Under the pieces are notes generated by a model, which was given only the letters and a program-made list of their open reading frames with translations, made no database searches and was not told where the DNA came from. A stretch of DNA of 62,854 nucleotides, filler included, from Gonapodya sp. JEL0774 (lineage: Eukaryota), in the NCBI GenBank assembly GCA_027604505.1. It is 19 parts of 19 records of this genome, joined end to end, with 100 filler letters (N's around TTAATTAATTAA, not from the genome) between each part and the next. Parts side by side here need not be neighbours in the genome. Positions count along the whole stretch, not along the records: positions 13,332 to 16,560 come from JADIIX010001395.1; positions 16,661 to 19,884 come from JADIIX010001396.1; positions 19,985 to 23,206 come from JADIIX010001397.1; positions 23,307 to 26,519 come from JADIIX010001398.1; 15 more parts are not named here. One strand, given 5' to 3'. A program made the position numbers and the translations under genes. Below are positions 13,533 through 26,619 of this stretch, piece by piece. The first letter of the stretch is position 1. The number at the start of each line of letters is the position of its first letter.

Positions 13533-15145
13533 TTACCGCCTCCCACCCCGACCTCCGGACCCACTCCTACTCAGTCCATACTCCACACCCGGTTCATCCT
13601 CGAAACCTCGTCCACCGACTCTCCGGCTTCCGCCGCCCTGCGCCCTCCCGCTCATTGGACCCCTGATATCCATCATTGGAGTCATGTCGTCGTCCGGATC
13701 CCTAACATCGTACTCTGGGTCGAGATCGTCATAGTCCCTGTCCCGTCCACCAGCACCGCGTCTGGGCATACCACCGGCAGGGGGAACCACCCTCCTGCCA
13801 CCGGCTGGTCCTCTGCCAAACGGCGATCCAGGGAAGTTGGGGAAAGAATCCGTCACGGGCGTCATGAAACCACCAGGTGCGCCACGGCGGGAGGAGGGCA
13901 TACGAGGGTCGGCGGACATGGGATCGCGGTAGGAGTTTTGGCGGTCGAGGGGGCGGGAACGGGATGAGTCGCGACGGTCCAAGGGACGGGAGTCGGTGTC
14001 TCGGTCGCGCATGGTCATTTCTTTAGGTGCGCCACCGGACTCGCCACCAGCTCCGCGGCCTCCACCCCCACCACCGTCCTTCTTCTCTCCTTCAGGTTTC
14101 TTCTCACCACCTCCACCCTTCTTGTCGCCCCCGCCCTTCTTGGGACCAGCGTCCTTGAGCTTCAAATGTCTGCCCCACAAGGACATTCCCGAAATGTAGA
14201 GCAGTCCCAGTCCACCGGCGATAAGAATGACCTCGTTCTCCTTGATCCAGGAAGCTTCCGGATCACCCGCCGCCGTAGCTCCTCCACGCCAAGGAAGTTG
14301 TGCCCTCAAGATGTTGATCTGTCTGTAGTCTGCGTACACCTGAATGGGTTGGGTTTTGTTCCACGGGAGAACAGTCGCTCCGGGCATCAAGTCTGTCGAG
14401 TTGTTGGTGTTCAAGTCGCACTTCATGGCGTCCCACCATTGGATGAGGATGGGCGGTAGAGTACCGGGATCGGCGAGTGATTTGGCGTTGTAGTTTTTGC
14501 GAAGGTTTGCGCAAGAGAAGACGATGAAGTCACAGCCCTGGACGATCCACCTGGTTTGCCGGATTTTAAGAGATTAACAGAGAGACGGAGTGTGTAGAAG
14601 GAGATGTTAGTTGTTTGGCGATACAGTTTAGGTTTTGTTAAGAAGCGGCTCCAATGCCTCATCGGGCTACATTCGCATAAAGACGACCATCAACTCACCA
14701 CGCCTTAATGGATGGATCCCTGTTTTTCCCCCAGATGTAATCGTTGTATGAGATGTTGCTGGGGAAGATTCCAAAGAAGCCTTGGAATTCGGGGCACTGG
14801 GCGATACCCGGAGTTGGTCCTTGTTTGGGAACGAGGGCGGCCGCACGTCGCGCAATGTGAGCGGGTCGTTGTCTGGGTTTGCGTCCGGTGTGGGGAATTG
14901 TGTGGTGTTTGGTGAGATGGCGAAAGCCGTTGGTTCCCCTCGATTTCAACTCACACATGTCTGGGTACGACGGGACGCTCTATCGGCACCGGAGTTCCGG
15001 AAACAGAAGATACGATGCACAGTAAGAGAATTGCAGATGCAAAGGGGAGTGCAAGTCGGTGTAGGGAAAAGGGAAAGCTTCTTCTATTGGAGGAAGCGCC
15101 GTCGAGTTCGCATGGGCGTCGGTGATTCGGCACTCGCGTTTCCAT
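13533..15145 (-). CDS. Predicted single-pass membrane protein with signal peptide/anchor, Cys-containing ectodomain and G/R/D-rich cytoplasmic tail; function unknown
   Basis: Hydrophobic N-terminal segment (LALPFASAILLLCIVSSVSG), TM segment VILIAGGLGLLYISGMSLWG, exon pieces in ORFs 14951-15145, 14695-14958 and 13533-14426. Confidence 0.55.
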
Positions 15146-16049
15146 TTTCGTTTGTCTTTCCCTCGACGGTTCCCGTTTCCCAGGTGCAGAGTCCGATTGG
15201 TATTGCTCGTTTCAAGGTCTGTGTCTTTGGTCTCCGGGTGCGCCTCCATTTCAGGCAAGCCTCCGAGTGATCTGCGGCGTGTGGGGAAGATCGTCACAAG
15301 GGATCTGTGACTCAACCAACGCAGATTTCTACTGTTGAGTAAAGCGAGATTATGGTCGGGTGTTTCAGAGCTGCGGGTGCCTGAAGATGGCGCGGGAATC
15401 GAGGAAAGCTCGTTGGACTGGGAAGCCACGGAAGCAGTTGATCCGCCATCCCCCGGAACGAAGGTTGCATGTATGTTCTAACACTGCATGTCTGTGAATC
15501 GGTTAGAATAGTCTCAGTTTGTTCAAAACAAAGTTCCCGAAGAATATATGTATATCAATTTATCGCTGCCTGGACACACTTCGGTAAGCGCAGCCTGTCT
15601 CCCTGATGGCTCACGCATGTGAAATGAGGTAGCAAAGTCGAGGGTCAATAGCTAAGCCGATGCTTGAGTTTTGCTGTATTCTCAGTTTCCGTTTGGGTCT
15701 TCGTGTTTTGGAAATTTTGCGGGTGAGTGCGGCCTTTTGCTATCATCCGTGACTGGATCAGAAGTATCGAATCCTGGAGCGTAGTCAAATCTCACTGTGT
15801 TTTTATGCATACTATTCAGCGGAGGAGATAGGATTTTCATTATTTGTGGCATCACTACAACATTGAATATGTATAACAAAGACACGCATCAGTCAATGGC
15901 CTCCCTCGGTGACACATGGTGTGATGACCTTTGTCTTGTGCCATCTGTTCCTACTGCTGTTCTGCGTTGGGATCAGGCTGTTCAATGTTAGGTGCTGTGG
16001 TCCCCGCAACAGTCCTCCTCCCACTCTCTGTGATTCCACACAGAGATCG

Positions 16050-16413
16050 ATGACTCAAGGCGCCATCAAGAAGAAGAGCAACGCAGCCAAGCCCAAGTCA
16101 GGTGGAAAACTCAAGCAGGTGCTCAAACGGGGCGGTGAGTTCCTCCTCTTTTGTCCCATGGTTTCCTCGAAAGGAGAAAACTGGAAACCTGTTCCCACCA
16201 GCCAATCTCCACATCGCCCCCAAACGCCCATCCGTCATCGCTGCAGTCACGCAGCACAAGCGTGCCGCTGCGGTCCTTGCGCGAGCTGTGGAGGAGAGCG
16301 CCGCGAGAGTCGCCGCGAGTACCGGGAAGTTGAACTTGGTCAAGGATCCGAGGAAGGAGGGCGAGAAAGGGAAAGGGAAGGACGGGAAGGGGAAAGCAGG
16401 GGGAAAGAAGTGA
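16050..16413 (+). CDS. Small basic L10K/C19orf53-like (DUF2462/UPF0390) protein
   Basis: MTQGAIKKKS...KRG|ANLHIAPKRPSVIAAVTQHKRAAAVL...GKLNLVK; intron 16135-16201 is phase-consistent. Confidence 0.75.
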
Positions 16414-17119
16414 TGACGGACGACTGAATGGACTTATGAAGAGGAAACTCCATCATTCGGTCAACGAATCATCATCCGACAGTTGGCCGATGGCATCGGA
16501 TAGGTAGTTCAGGATCGCTGCGACGCGATCATCATCATGTCTTGCATTCACTGGATTGAANNNNNNNNNNNNNNNNNNNNNNNNNNNNNNNNNNNNNNNN
16601 NNNNTTAATTAATTAANNNNNNNNNNNNNNNNNNNNNNNNNNNNNNNNNNNNNNNNNNNNCCACCACTCTGCACTCCCTACTCCTCGCCTCCGTTTCGGG
16701 CAGGCACTCTGCCCTCCTACGGTGGTGGAGCGGTGAAGGTGGGGAGAAAGCGGTTCGGAGCGTGGAGGTGGTCATGAGCTGATGGTGAGGCCGCGCCCGA
16801 GAGGCGGAGCACTAATTGTTGGTGGCGGTGGGTTCATCACTTGTAGGGATCGCACAGGAACGAGGCAGGGTTATACCATCAGTGCCGCGGAAGGGGTTCA
16901 CGGCTCACGCCTGTGCAGAGAGAGGGAGGGGGAGTGGGAGTGGGAGAAGAGGGGGGCTAAGCAACTATAGTAGGAGCCTGGAGGTAGTGTAGGGTTAACA
17001 CCGGAAAATCGCTCAGAGTAACAGTATGCAAACGACGGGAGACATACAAACCATATAACAATTGGGCCGGCAGCCGTCAGCACGGTTTGACGGACGCTTG
17101 CGGGCAAAGAGAGAGAAGA

Positions 17120-18150
17120 GGGCCTCGCTAGACAGAACAAACGATGATGGAACATCTTCAGTCTCAACTGCCCTCACGTTGTCCAAGGTGACATCTGACC
17201 AACAGCGGTAGCAGAGAGCAAGGTCGTCGGTTGCATTGTGCATTGGAGTGCGAGCATGCAAGCTCTGGGCCATTGCTCCCCGTAATTACGGCCCACACTT
17301 TGAGCCGTATAAACATTGGCCGGTAGAAGTCGGCACTGAGTTTGTCCGATGCTTGTGGGCAGAGACGGAAGGACAGGCGGCTGGATTATGGAAACAACTA
17401 TGACAGGAACTCGGCCTTGAGCAAAAAGGAAGAGACGATTTGACCGACTGGGGTAGTTGAGAGTAAGGCCCAGGACGTGGACGGCTGCGTCTATGTACCG
17501 TGCAAGTCATGGGTCATTGCGCCCAGTCACTGCGGTCCAAACTTCGCTTCATAAAAATTCGGTCGGCAGCAGTCAGCAGTCAGCACCGCACGTGCTCGAT
17601 CCTTGCAGACAAGGAGGGAGAAAAAGGGCGCGTTTAGATAGATGAGAAGATGATGGAACGCTGTCAGCCTCGACAGCCCTGAGTGTCCCAAGTGTCAAAT
17701 CTGACCGACTGCAACAGCCGAGAGTAAGACCCAGGACATGAACGGCTGCATTGACGTGCAATGCAAGTCATGGGCGATTGCTCCCCCGTCACTGCGATCC
17801 AAAAAATTTGCTTTATGAACATTGGCCGGAAAGTGTTGGCACTGAGTTTGTCTGATACTTGCAGGTAAGGAGGGAGACAAGGGACTCGCTGGATGAGGAG
17901 ACAATGACGACAGGAAAGACGCATACAGCGATGTGGTTTTCCTAATGACACTGTGTTCTGTGTTTCCCCGCTCTGACGGTCATACCCTAAGACGCAAGCC
18001 CAGGACGCGGACGGCTGCACGGACGTTGGTGCAAGTCCTGGGCCTTGCTCTCCCTGATGTCCATCCAAACTTTGAGTGGAAACACTTGACCAGTACCGTG
18101 CTCGATCGAGAGAGAAGCAAAAGTACTGGCACCGACGTGGAGGACCAACT
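17120..18150. repeat. Degenerate repeat, about four copies of a ~250-bp unit
   Basis: cccaggacg(t/c)ggacggctgc-like motif at about 17468, 17730 and 17999. gatgatggaac at about 17143 and 17649. aacattggccgg...ggcactgagtttgtc at about 17312 and 17818. Confidence 0.6.
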
Positions 18151-18836
18151 AAGGTTCTGCCCAAAACCGATTGAGCATCGGCGCCAAGAAGCGCATAAGC
18201 ACCGTCCACACGCCTATACGGAATACTAGACAGTGCCAACTTGGAGTTGCAGTCGGGTCTCCACCTTCCCCGGTGACAAACTCTGTATGTAGGCGAGGTC
18301 CTCAAGACCAAAAGGAGGACCGGATCGTTCTGCTAAAGCGGCATAATGCGGCCCATCTGTTGATTTTGAGCACCGCCATGTGTAAGAAATCGTGTGGGGA
18401 TGACGTCATGCTGATGAATCATGAACAGCGTGTTCGGATTGCGGATTTGATTCTCGGGTTGACATGCGAGATGGACAGTGCACATTCCATGACCGAAGTT
18501 CCCGGTCCCAACTCCATCTCAACCTTGCGAACACGTCTTTCATTCATTTGACGTTCAAACGCAGTTCTCCTGTATTTTTGGACAAATCTCGCAGTCAAAA
18601 CAGCAATTGCGAGTGTGTTTTTCCTGCAATCGGCATCTCAGACGGCACAAGTTGGACATCGACTGCGCACTATTAGAACTCTGTATGGAGCTGCTTTCCC
18701 ACTCCATGACCCGCTGTTGGCAACCGTATATTCATCCCCTCCTTGTCAACCCCCTGCTCTTGTTCTTCCAACTCACTCCTCTTTCCCAGTCTGACCATAA
18801 ACACCTTCACCCCATAATATCCTTCTCCCTCCTCCA

Positions 18837-19427
18837 ATGGCAAGTATCGGCGTCCCCGTAAAACTCCTCCACGAAGCTGCAGGCCATGTCGTCACTCTCG
18901 AACTCAAAACCGGGGTCGTCTACCGCGGAAAACTCATCGAGGCCGAGGACAACATGAACTGCCAACTCGGAGAGGTCAACGTGACGCAACGTGACGGTAG
19001 AGTGACACAGCTGGATCAGGTGTATCTCAGGGGCAGTCAGGTTCGGTGAGTTGAGGCAGGGAAAGAGGCACAGACTGTGTTAGGAGACGGAGAAGTGCCA
19101 CATCGCCCGTCAACCACTTTATAAGGACCCACACTCTCATTCTAATCCCATCCTTCCCACTTCACTAACGATTTTCTTCCCCTCCGACTTCAATAACCAA
19201 CACCCACAACCCATCCCTCGCTTCCCCACTCCCCCAGCTTCATCATCGTCCCCGACATGCTCAAGAACGCTCCCATGTTCAAGAAAATCGGCCCGGGCGC
19301 CCTCAAGGGCAAAGGTGTCGGCATGGGCCGGGGGCGAGCCACCGTGGCCAGAGCACAGGCTAGAGGACGGGGCAGGGGCAGAGGAGGGCCGCCAGGTGCA
19401 CGGGGGGGTTTCAGGGGAGTGCGATGA
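18837..19427 (+). CDS. SMD3: Small nuclear ribonucleoprotein Sm D3
   Basis: [26 protein letters not shown]...[10 protein letters not shown]...[24 protein letters not shown] followed by an RG-rich tail; intron 19046-19237. Confidence 0.97.
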
Positions 19428-21089
19428 TGGCGGTGGTGGCGCAGGCCGGACTGGGGCGGGAGGAGAGGGGAGAGTGGCAGGAGATGGGCGGGTTGGGATC
19501 ACTCTGGGAGCTTCACGAGGGAAATGGCGTTCATTAACGTGACACGAACGCTTTGGCACTTTCTAATGCAATATACACGATGGTGCCGCAGCGAAATACC
19601 CTCACTCCCGCCAACGAACCCAAAACCCCTCCACGCTCGCCTACCCGCATCATCTCTCCGATACATATTGTCACGTCCCACTTCACCCCTCCCCCGTCGT
19701 AGGCCCGTATACCCATCTCACCCACCGTCCCTCGTCAGATCTTCCCCGGGTAAAAGCTCTTTTTCAACTCCGCACACGCCACCGCCATAGCCTGCCCGGC
19801 TTCGGGAACCTCGGGGTCTTGGAAGTAGCGCATGAAGCCACTGCACGGGTGGAACAACAACAACAACAACAACACCAAAAAGGANNNNNNNNNNNNNNNN
19901 NNNNNNNNNNNNNNNNNNNNNNNNNNNNTTAATTAATTAANNNNNNNNNNNNNNNNNNNNNNNNNNNNNNNNNNNNNNNNNNNNGGGTCCTTGCGGGTAT
20001 CCCCCGTTGTAGGAATTCTGATTAGGAGGTGGTGGCATTGAAGAAGGGGGTGGTAACAAAACGGAAGATCGACTGAGGGGAGCTCAAGAGAGTCCTTAGT
20101 CGAGCTTGAAGTGGAGGGTTTCTTGCAGGTTCTCTGAGTCCCGAAACCAAGCTGCCACAAGTATATATAAAGCCAAATGAGGCCTTTTGCAGTCTACGAA
20201 TCTGATTGCCACCCAAGTTGCCGGTGTTCATGCGATCGAGCACACCACACAGTTCAACAAACGCCAAAGACGGGACCCAGCAACAACAGAAAAGAAGTCG
20301 AAAACAGCAAGATGATTGAGTATGTAGCGAAGCCGGGAGTTCAGATCCGTCCAGGAGGCAGAAGACGGTCCAAGGCGACAAGGGGGAACGAGAGTACGAA
20401 CGCCTCAGATTGGGAAAAGGGCAGACCAGGGCACGCCCGAATTGCAGCACCCACCTTGGCCGCTCCGATATAAAAAGTCGTTCTTTGTCTTCCAACGACG
20501 CTTCTTTCGGTCCGCCGTGTCCGTTCTTGGACTTGCCGAATCGGGGGTCAAATTGGAATGCGGCTGGGAGTTTGCGGGTGTTTGATTTTACACCCTTTTG
20601 TGGAGCCTCAACGTCACATAAAACTGTTTTCAAACTCAAGATAAGACTGCCCTATTGGGGGTGCTCAGAGGCATTAGAGAGCTTATTTCAAGATTATCGT
20701 ATTTGCCTGGAGCTGTTTTGTGCCATCGCTATCGGCTGTCGGAATCCCGTTCGCCAAGCCGGAACAGGGTATGAAATCGAGGCCAGCACGTCGGAGATAG
20801 GAATCTTCAGACCAGAGATCTTTGAATGTTCATGTTCTTTTACGTAGAAAGAGTTCGTGTATGTAAAAACTCCGCGTTGGCGATCACGAGAATGGGAACT
20901 GCACACGGAGATTCCGAAGTTCTAGGGCAAAATTTCTCTTTTTCATTACTTGCATTCACTCTGCTTCTTCGTACATATGGTGAATCCTCTGATCACTTAC
21001 GCCAACATCAATGACCATAGCTCCGACGACTGAACCAGTTTATCCGACGTCTGGAACTCGTTTTTCTCTCAGGAACGCTCGAGCACGCG

Positions 21090-22950
21090 ATGACCATCGA
21101 CACCGTCCGCCCGGTCAGGAAGGCCTTTTACAGGTCGATTCTCGGAGACATGGGCATATCGGTCCCGGAATCCGAGTTTCTGACGTTTTCAGATTTCGCC
21201 GCAATGGTCGACCGCACGCTCCTGGTTTCCCAGCGTCTCGATCACATTCTCCTGGCCAAAAAGGCCGCACCTGTAGGCCAATCGAGTGCTCAGTGGGCCC
21301 TGGCCGCTCCGCGGCGAGTCCTGGCCCCGCTCGACTGCCCCTCCTGACCGGCGGTGGCTCCCCGCATCCTTGGAGTGGACGACCTGCTCTTCGCGATAGA
21401 GAGCAGCTTTTCCAAGACTAAATCCAAGTTCAGAATTGAGTATGGCATGCTCCTCCAAGCTGGCAACATGGCCAAGTGCGAACAGATGACCGACTCCATG
21501 TCGAATTGGTTCCACCTCCGGAACGACCTCGGACATCGCGCACACCCTGCTTTCCGCTTCACCGGTGGTAAGACGTTCCGCATCGGTTTCCGAACAGGTC
21601 GAGGCTCCCATATCGAAGACCAAGTCTGGATCGACTTTCTGGAACTCAGGGTGCTCAAACGTGAACCTGATGGCACACCGCTGGTACAGTCTTCAGCTGT
21701 AAAAATAAAGGAAATGAGACGCATGTCGTCACAGCATCCCGTGGCTGTAATGCGGTGGGCTCAATACAATGTCGCTGAGCTCGGCGCCACGGCCGACAGA
21801 AGTTTTGTCGAGGCGATGACAACCGGCTTACAACCCAAACTCAAAACTGACCGAGGAGCAAAGACAAAGCGCATTTGCCACCTCATATGGCGAACTCACC
21901 TTGGTAAGTGACTCCAATCTCATCATCACCCCGATGTGGTGGTACCCACCATACACCTCGTCCCACCTCCCACCACCATCCCCGCCCACCAGAACATGCA
22001 CATCACCCAAACCACCTTCGACCTCCTCATCCACGTCCTCCGCCTCAACACCTCCCAGACCTCTTTGCCCGCCGACTAAACCACACGTCTCCCCAAGGGC
22101 GAGTACTTCCAGCACTGCTTCCTGGGCGTCATGCGTCCCATCGACCGAGAAGACACCAAGAAGGTCGTGGGACCGTTTGTACTGCCCAGATTGGTGTGTG
22201 CAGTGTGTGGCGATGAGGGAGCCAAGTCGTGTGCGAGGTGGATGGCACTCTTGAAGGTCGATCCACGAGAGTGATTGATTGACGCGTGTCCTCCCTCACG
22301 GTGATTTGGTCCTGCTCAGATGCATGGACACTCATTACTGGTGCGTTTGTTACTCTCAGCGTACGTGTTTCTTAGTTTCTCTCATTTTTACCAACACCGA
22401 CTAACCATTACCGCCCACTGTCAAAAATCCTCGTGAGTCCACACACCCTTCGTCCAACCCCATCCTGCCCCCATCGTCCCTCATTTCTCCCCACCACACT
22501 TCTCAGCTGGAAATCCCACAAACCCTGGTGTGCCCATCCCACCGATCCCACCCTACCCGGCCCGTTCCCTCCCGACTCCCTCCAACAATCCGACGCCGCC
22601 GGGTCCGTGCTCTTTTCTACGGCCATATCCGACCCCACGATCGTGGACATGATGGCGGACACGTCCGTTAACAACGTGGACCTCCGGTTGAAGACGGCGG
22701 TGGAAAAGGGGAAGAAGCAAAAGGATGTGTAAGGAGCCAACAGGTTTGTCGTCAAGGTGAGTTTTCACGGCTTGCCCCAGGGAATCGACAACGAATCTCG
22801 CACCGTAGCTTTTAACACGCCGTGTTGTCTTACTCCCACAGGTCCAACGATCCGAACCCGCCGGCCGCCTCCTCCTCTACTACCAACACCGCACTATCAA
22901 ACTCCAGTTCGCATGCCCCACCAGCGCTCCCGAACTCGTCCGACTCGATG
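21090..22950 (+). pseudogene. MYND-type zinc-finger protein gene with in-frame stops
   Basis: VCAVCGDEGAKSCAR (about 22193-22238) and WKSHKPWC (about 22508) match the two halves of a MYND finger. In-frame TGA at 21345 and TAA at about 22077 interrupt an otherwise continuous frame. Confidence 0.55.
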
Positions 22951-23306
22951 AGGTGGTGGCGGCTTCAAAGGAGTGGAGCGGTATCAAGGCGATCATGTGG
23001 GCCAGGAGGGAGGGGGATTGGTTGAGGGTGTGAGACAACGGTGAGTGGCCGGAGCAAAATGTGGAGTGGTAGGGGACAGGGTAGGAGGGATGTGAGGATT
23101 GGAAAGCCGTGAAACGACTGCTTTCACGCAAATATTATCAATACATAATAAAGTATGGGATCAGGCCAATGTCTTTCGTATATACAAATGCGGTATGCGA
23201 GCCAAANNNNNNNNNNNNNNNNNNNNNNNNNNNNNNNNNNNNNNNNNNNNTTAATTAATTAANNNNNNNNNNNNNNNNNNNNNNNNNNNNNNNNNNNNNN
23301 NNNNNN

Positions 23307-24190
23307 CACTCGACCAGCGCCCCCGACTCCCGCGACTTCCAATCCGTCACCGCGGCCTCGTACGTGCAGCACCACGTGACGGCTGACATGAAGGTGAGTA
23401 TGTGTGCGAGTCACAGAGGTCACCCACCGCGGGTCACTCATCGCAGTATATTTCACACACTGGGTTTGCGTACCCCTGGTACCGGTCAATCCGCGTTCCC
23501 ATTCCCCCCCTCCTCCCCCCCCGCAGCCCAAATCCGCCGCCCCCCCCTACATCCCCCTCCCGCAGACCCCCTTCACGGCCCACACGCTCAACGCCGACAC
23601 CTTCGTGTCCATCCCCATCCTCTCCACCACGCGGGCCCAGCTGGTGCGGCCCAAACCGGAGTACGAACGCCTCACGGGGAAGTTGGAGGGTGAGACGGTG
23701 TACAAGGGGGATTTCGGACCGAAGGAGCTGGGGAAAATGTACAAGAGGGAGGTGGGAAAGTATGTGCCGAGTGCGGGGAAGATGGAAGGTGGGTTGGGGG
23801 GAAGGGGGCGGGGTGTGTGTGTGGCGTATGGCAGGCACACCGTTCCAACACCACCTCACCCCACCACCCCCCTCAGCCCTCTCCACGGCCCACGCCGACT
23901 ACCACGCCCTCCCCCTCCACCCGACCGTGTCCTTCCAACCCCGGCTCAAGTACTCCCCCGGGCTCGAAGACCGGGACTTCACGTCGCAGACGCACGCGGC
24001 GTACACCAAAAAGACCCTCGAGGTGTGCGAGGTGGCCAAGCACGGAGGGGAGGGGACCAGGAGGGATGGGACGGGGCACTTGTACTTCACGGGGGGGAAG
24101 GGCGGCGTGGTGGGAACGGGAGCGGGAGCGGGAGTGGCGGGAATTGGAGCGGGGAAGGAGGGGAAGAAGGTGGTGGTGGTGGAGGGGTAA
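23307..24190 (+). CDS. SAXO/FAM154-like stabiliser of axonemal microtubules, 3' part
   Basis: Repeated Mn-like motifs: FQSVTAASYVQH, FTAHTLNADTF, LEGETVYKGDF, LSTAHADYHA, FTSQTHAAYT. Introns at 23394-23526 and about 23790-23877. Confidence 0.7.
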
Positions 24191-24949
24191 CAAGGGTACG
24201 AGAAGGGGTGGTAGAGCGAGGGAGTGGCACCAGCAAGTGAGGCATGGTGGAGGTTGTATTGTGGAAGCGTAACTTGTACATCTAGGTTCTTTCTTTTTTC
24301 ATCTTTTTGCTTTCGGGAATTACATACACGGTGTGGGCGAAACGAAGTCCGAGTGAATCAATCATTGTCGTGACTCGTGCATGCGTCAGCGAACCGTTCG
24401 TGGAGAAACGCGCCGCCTGCCCGCCGTGTGGACCGGTGCGTGGTCCGTGGTCCGTGGTCCGTGGTGGGTGGTGTGTGGTGCGTGGTGCGTGAGTATGTGA
24501 CATGCATGTGCATTGCATCGTCTTGGTGAGGCCCCTCACCCGTCACCCGTCTACGTGTGTCTTGTGGGGCTCGTCATATGGTGTAAGCTGGGTGTGTTCG
24601 ACGGACGCGCGTACCTAGCTACGTGGTACGATATGCACTGGAGTCGTGGGCGAGATCATCAAACTCAGTCGAAATCAAATATAATATATTACACAGAAGC
24701 TTTTTGTCCCATCCTTTTTGAACTCCGATGGAAGATGCTCAAAGAGGTGTACGAATGTGAGACGTCGTGGGGCACAACGACGGATTGTACGTCCTCAATT
24801 GAGCAGCGCCAATCGGGGTCGAAAAAGGCAAAAAGTCAAGTTGGACTGCCCTTCGAAACCTCTGTTCATCCGCGTCAAGGGAGATTTGGGGCTCAGGGCG
24901 GGCCATGGGTGTTTCGATTCGGCTGATTCGTGAGACGTGGTCGACGGAG

Positions 24950-26519
24950 TTGGTGAACGGAATGGGGAAGACGATCAAGATTTGGAGAAGAACTCTTCAT
25001 CGACAGAAAGGTCTGTGAATGGCGAGTTTTCGGATTGAATTTCAACGGTTTACGAGGCTTGAACGGTTTGAAGAGAATTCGTCGAACTTGGGGTCGTCGC
25101 TAAAAAGGGTATTCCCACGTGCTTGTGTAAATGATGACACAATTTTCGCGCTCACGCAATTCCAGTACGTAAAAATTTGACCTGTAACTAAATTAGACCT
25201 GTCCTCGTAACTCCGACGGGCGAGAATAGTGCGCACCGCTTGCTCTGAAAGTACGAGTCTCCGAACCAGACGGACCGTGTTGCTCACGATCAAAGCTCTT
25301 GCAGTGCGCTGGAGTACGCGCAATGCAAAGATCTGTCAACTTTTAGTGGATTTGGGAGTCCCTAGGTCGATGTCACGGCTCTGAGCGAAGCTAGAGATCC
25401 GCAAGTCCCAAAACAGCCGGTTGTGGCATGTTTTCGAGCCTCCACTGTGAACGTTGAATACAGAACAGCTGAAAACACCCGTCGAGTCTGGCCATCATAC
25501 ATGCGGATGTTGCACAATAATCCAGATACTTATTGTATTCCTCCCGCGTGTGTAATCCTCAATCCCGTCTGCGCAGCAACTGTGGCGCCAGAACGACGCG
25601 CAGACGGGATTGAGATTTTTGAACAGAGCGATAATCCCAAGAGTCGCATTTTCGCAACTGATCCTACTTTTTGATATTTATGGCCAGGATGGTAGTCCTA
25701 TGGAAACGCTTATATCCCCTCTGTGGAGTTGTAGAAGAGGAAAATATCGATAAGCGAGGTGTTTTGGACTTGCAGACTTCTCGACCGTTACAGAGACAGG
25801 ATTTTGAGCTCTCAGCTTCATCAAATACTTACAATCGAGATATGTTTAGAATGCGCGTACTCCCGACTTTGGCACTTGCTTGGATCGTGATCGATATTGT
25901 GCGTCTGCGGCAAACGCTTGTGTTTGCAGAGCTATCGGCGGACCAGATCTGGCCAATCCAAGTACGCAGGCAAACCGAACGTGTCTTTCCTTCAATTTCT
26001 CCCGTACTCAATTCCTGTGTGCGAGAAAATTGTAATTTGCAAAGGGTGGTAGTTTCGTTGTGTGGTGTAAACGCATTGAAGCGCGCGGTGAACTCAAAGG
26101 AGCTCTCGCCCATTGTTGGAACTGAACGATCAACCACCACACCCCATAAATTGCAGGATAAAAGAATTTCTGGACGCACCGCCGTTGAACTCTGGTTCGA
26201 AGAGTGAGTGTTGCTGGAAGCAAACACGTTTGATAGTTTGTTGCGACGGCCGGCCGTTGGCTGATTTCTCCTCCAACCTCACACTCAGGTCGCGGACATG
26301 TCTCATCCGAAAAGCATAGAGATTCTACGGCGCATGTGAGCTCACTGTCTTTCTGTGCTGGTATCTCGTGATACGCGTCTTCAGGAGTGCAATGAGCTGT
26401 TATGTAACGTCATCGAATTCTGACTTCACACTTTCAGGAGTAGCCAACCGCCTCTTCCCAAACTCTCTCCCAAGGATCCTCGTCAAATCATTTCTCTCGC
26501 AAAATCGCTGCTGTCTCGT
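24950..26519 (-). pseudogene. Possible decayed dynamin-family (Mx-like) gene, middle and GED region
   Basis: Minus-strand relic motifs NNGRELL (compare SRGRELP) and GQIFTYWNCVSAKIVSSF...LFSDDP (GED-like), in the expected order, with many stops. Confidence 0.3.
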
Positions 26520-26619
26520 NNNNNNNNNNNNNNNNNNNNNNNNNNNNNNNNNNNNNNNNNNNNTTAATTAATTAANNNNNNNNNNNNNNNNNNNNNNNNN
26601 NNNNNNNNNNNNNNNNNNN

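Noticed and set aside
19853..19877. (CAA)n tract, and (CCGTGGT)n-like tract near 24440
   Set aside because: Ordinary short microsatellites.
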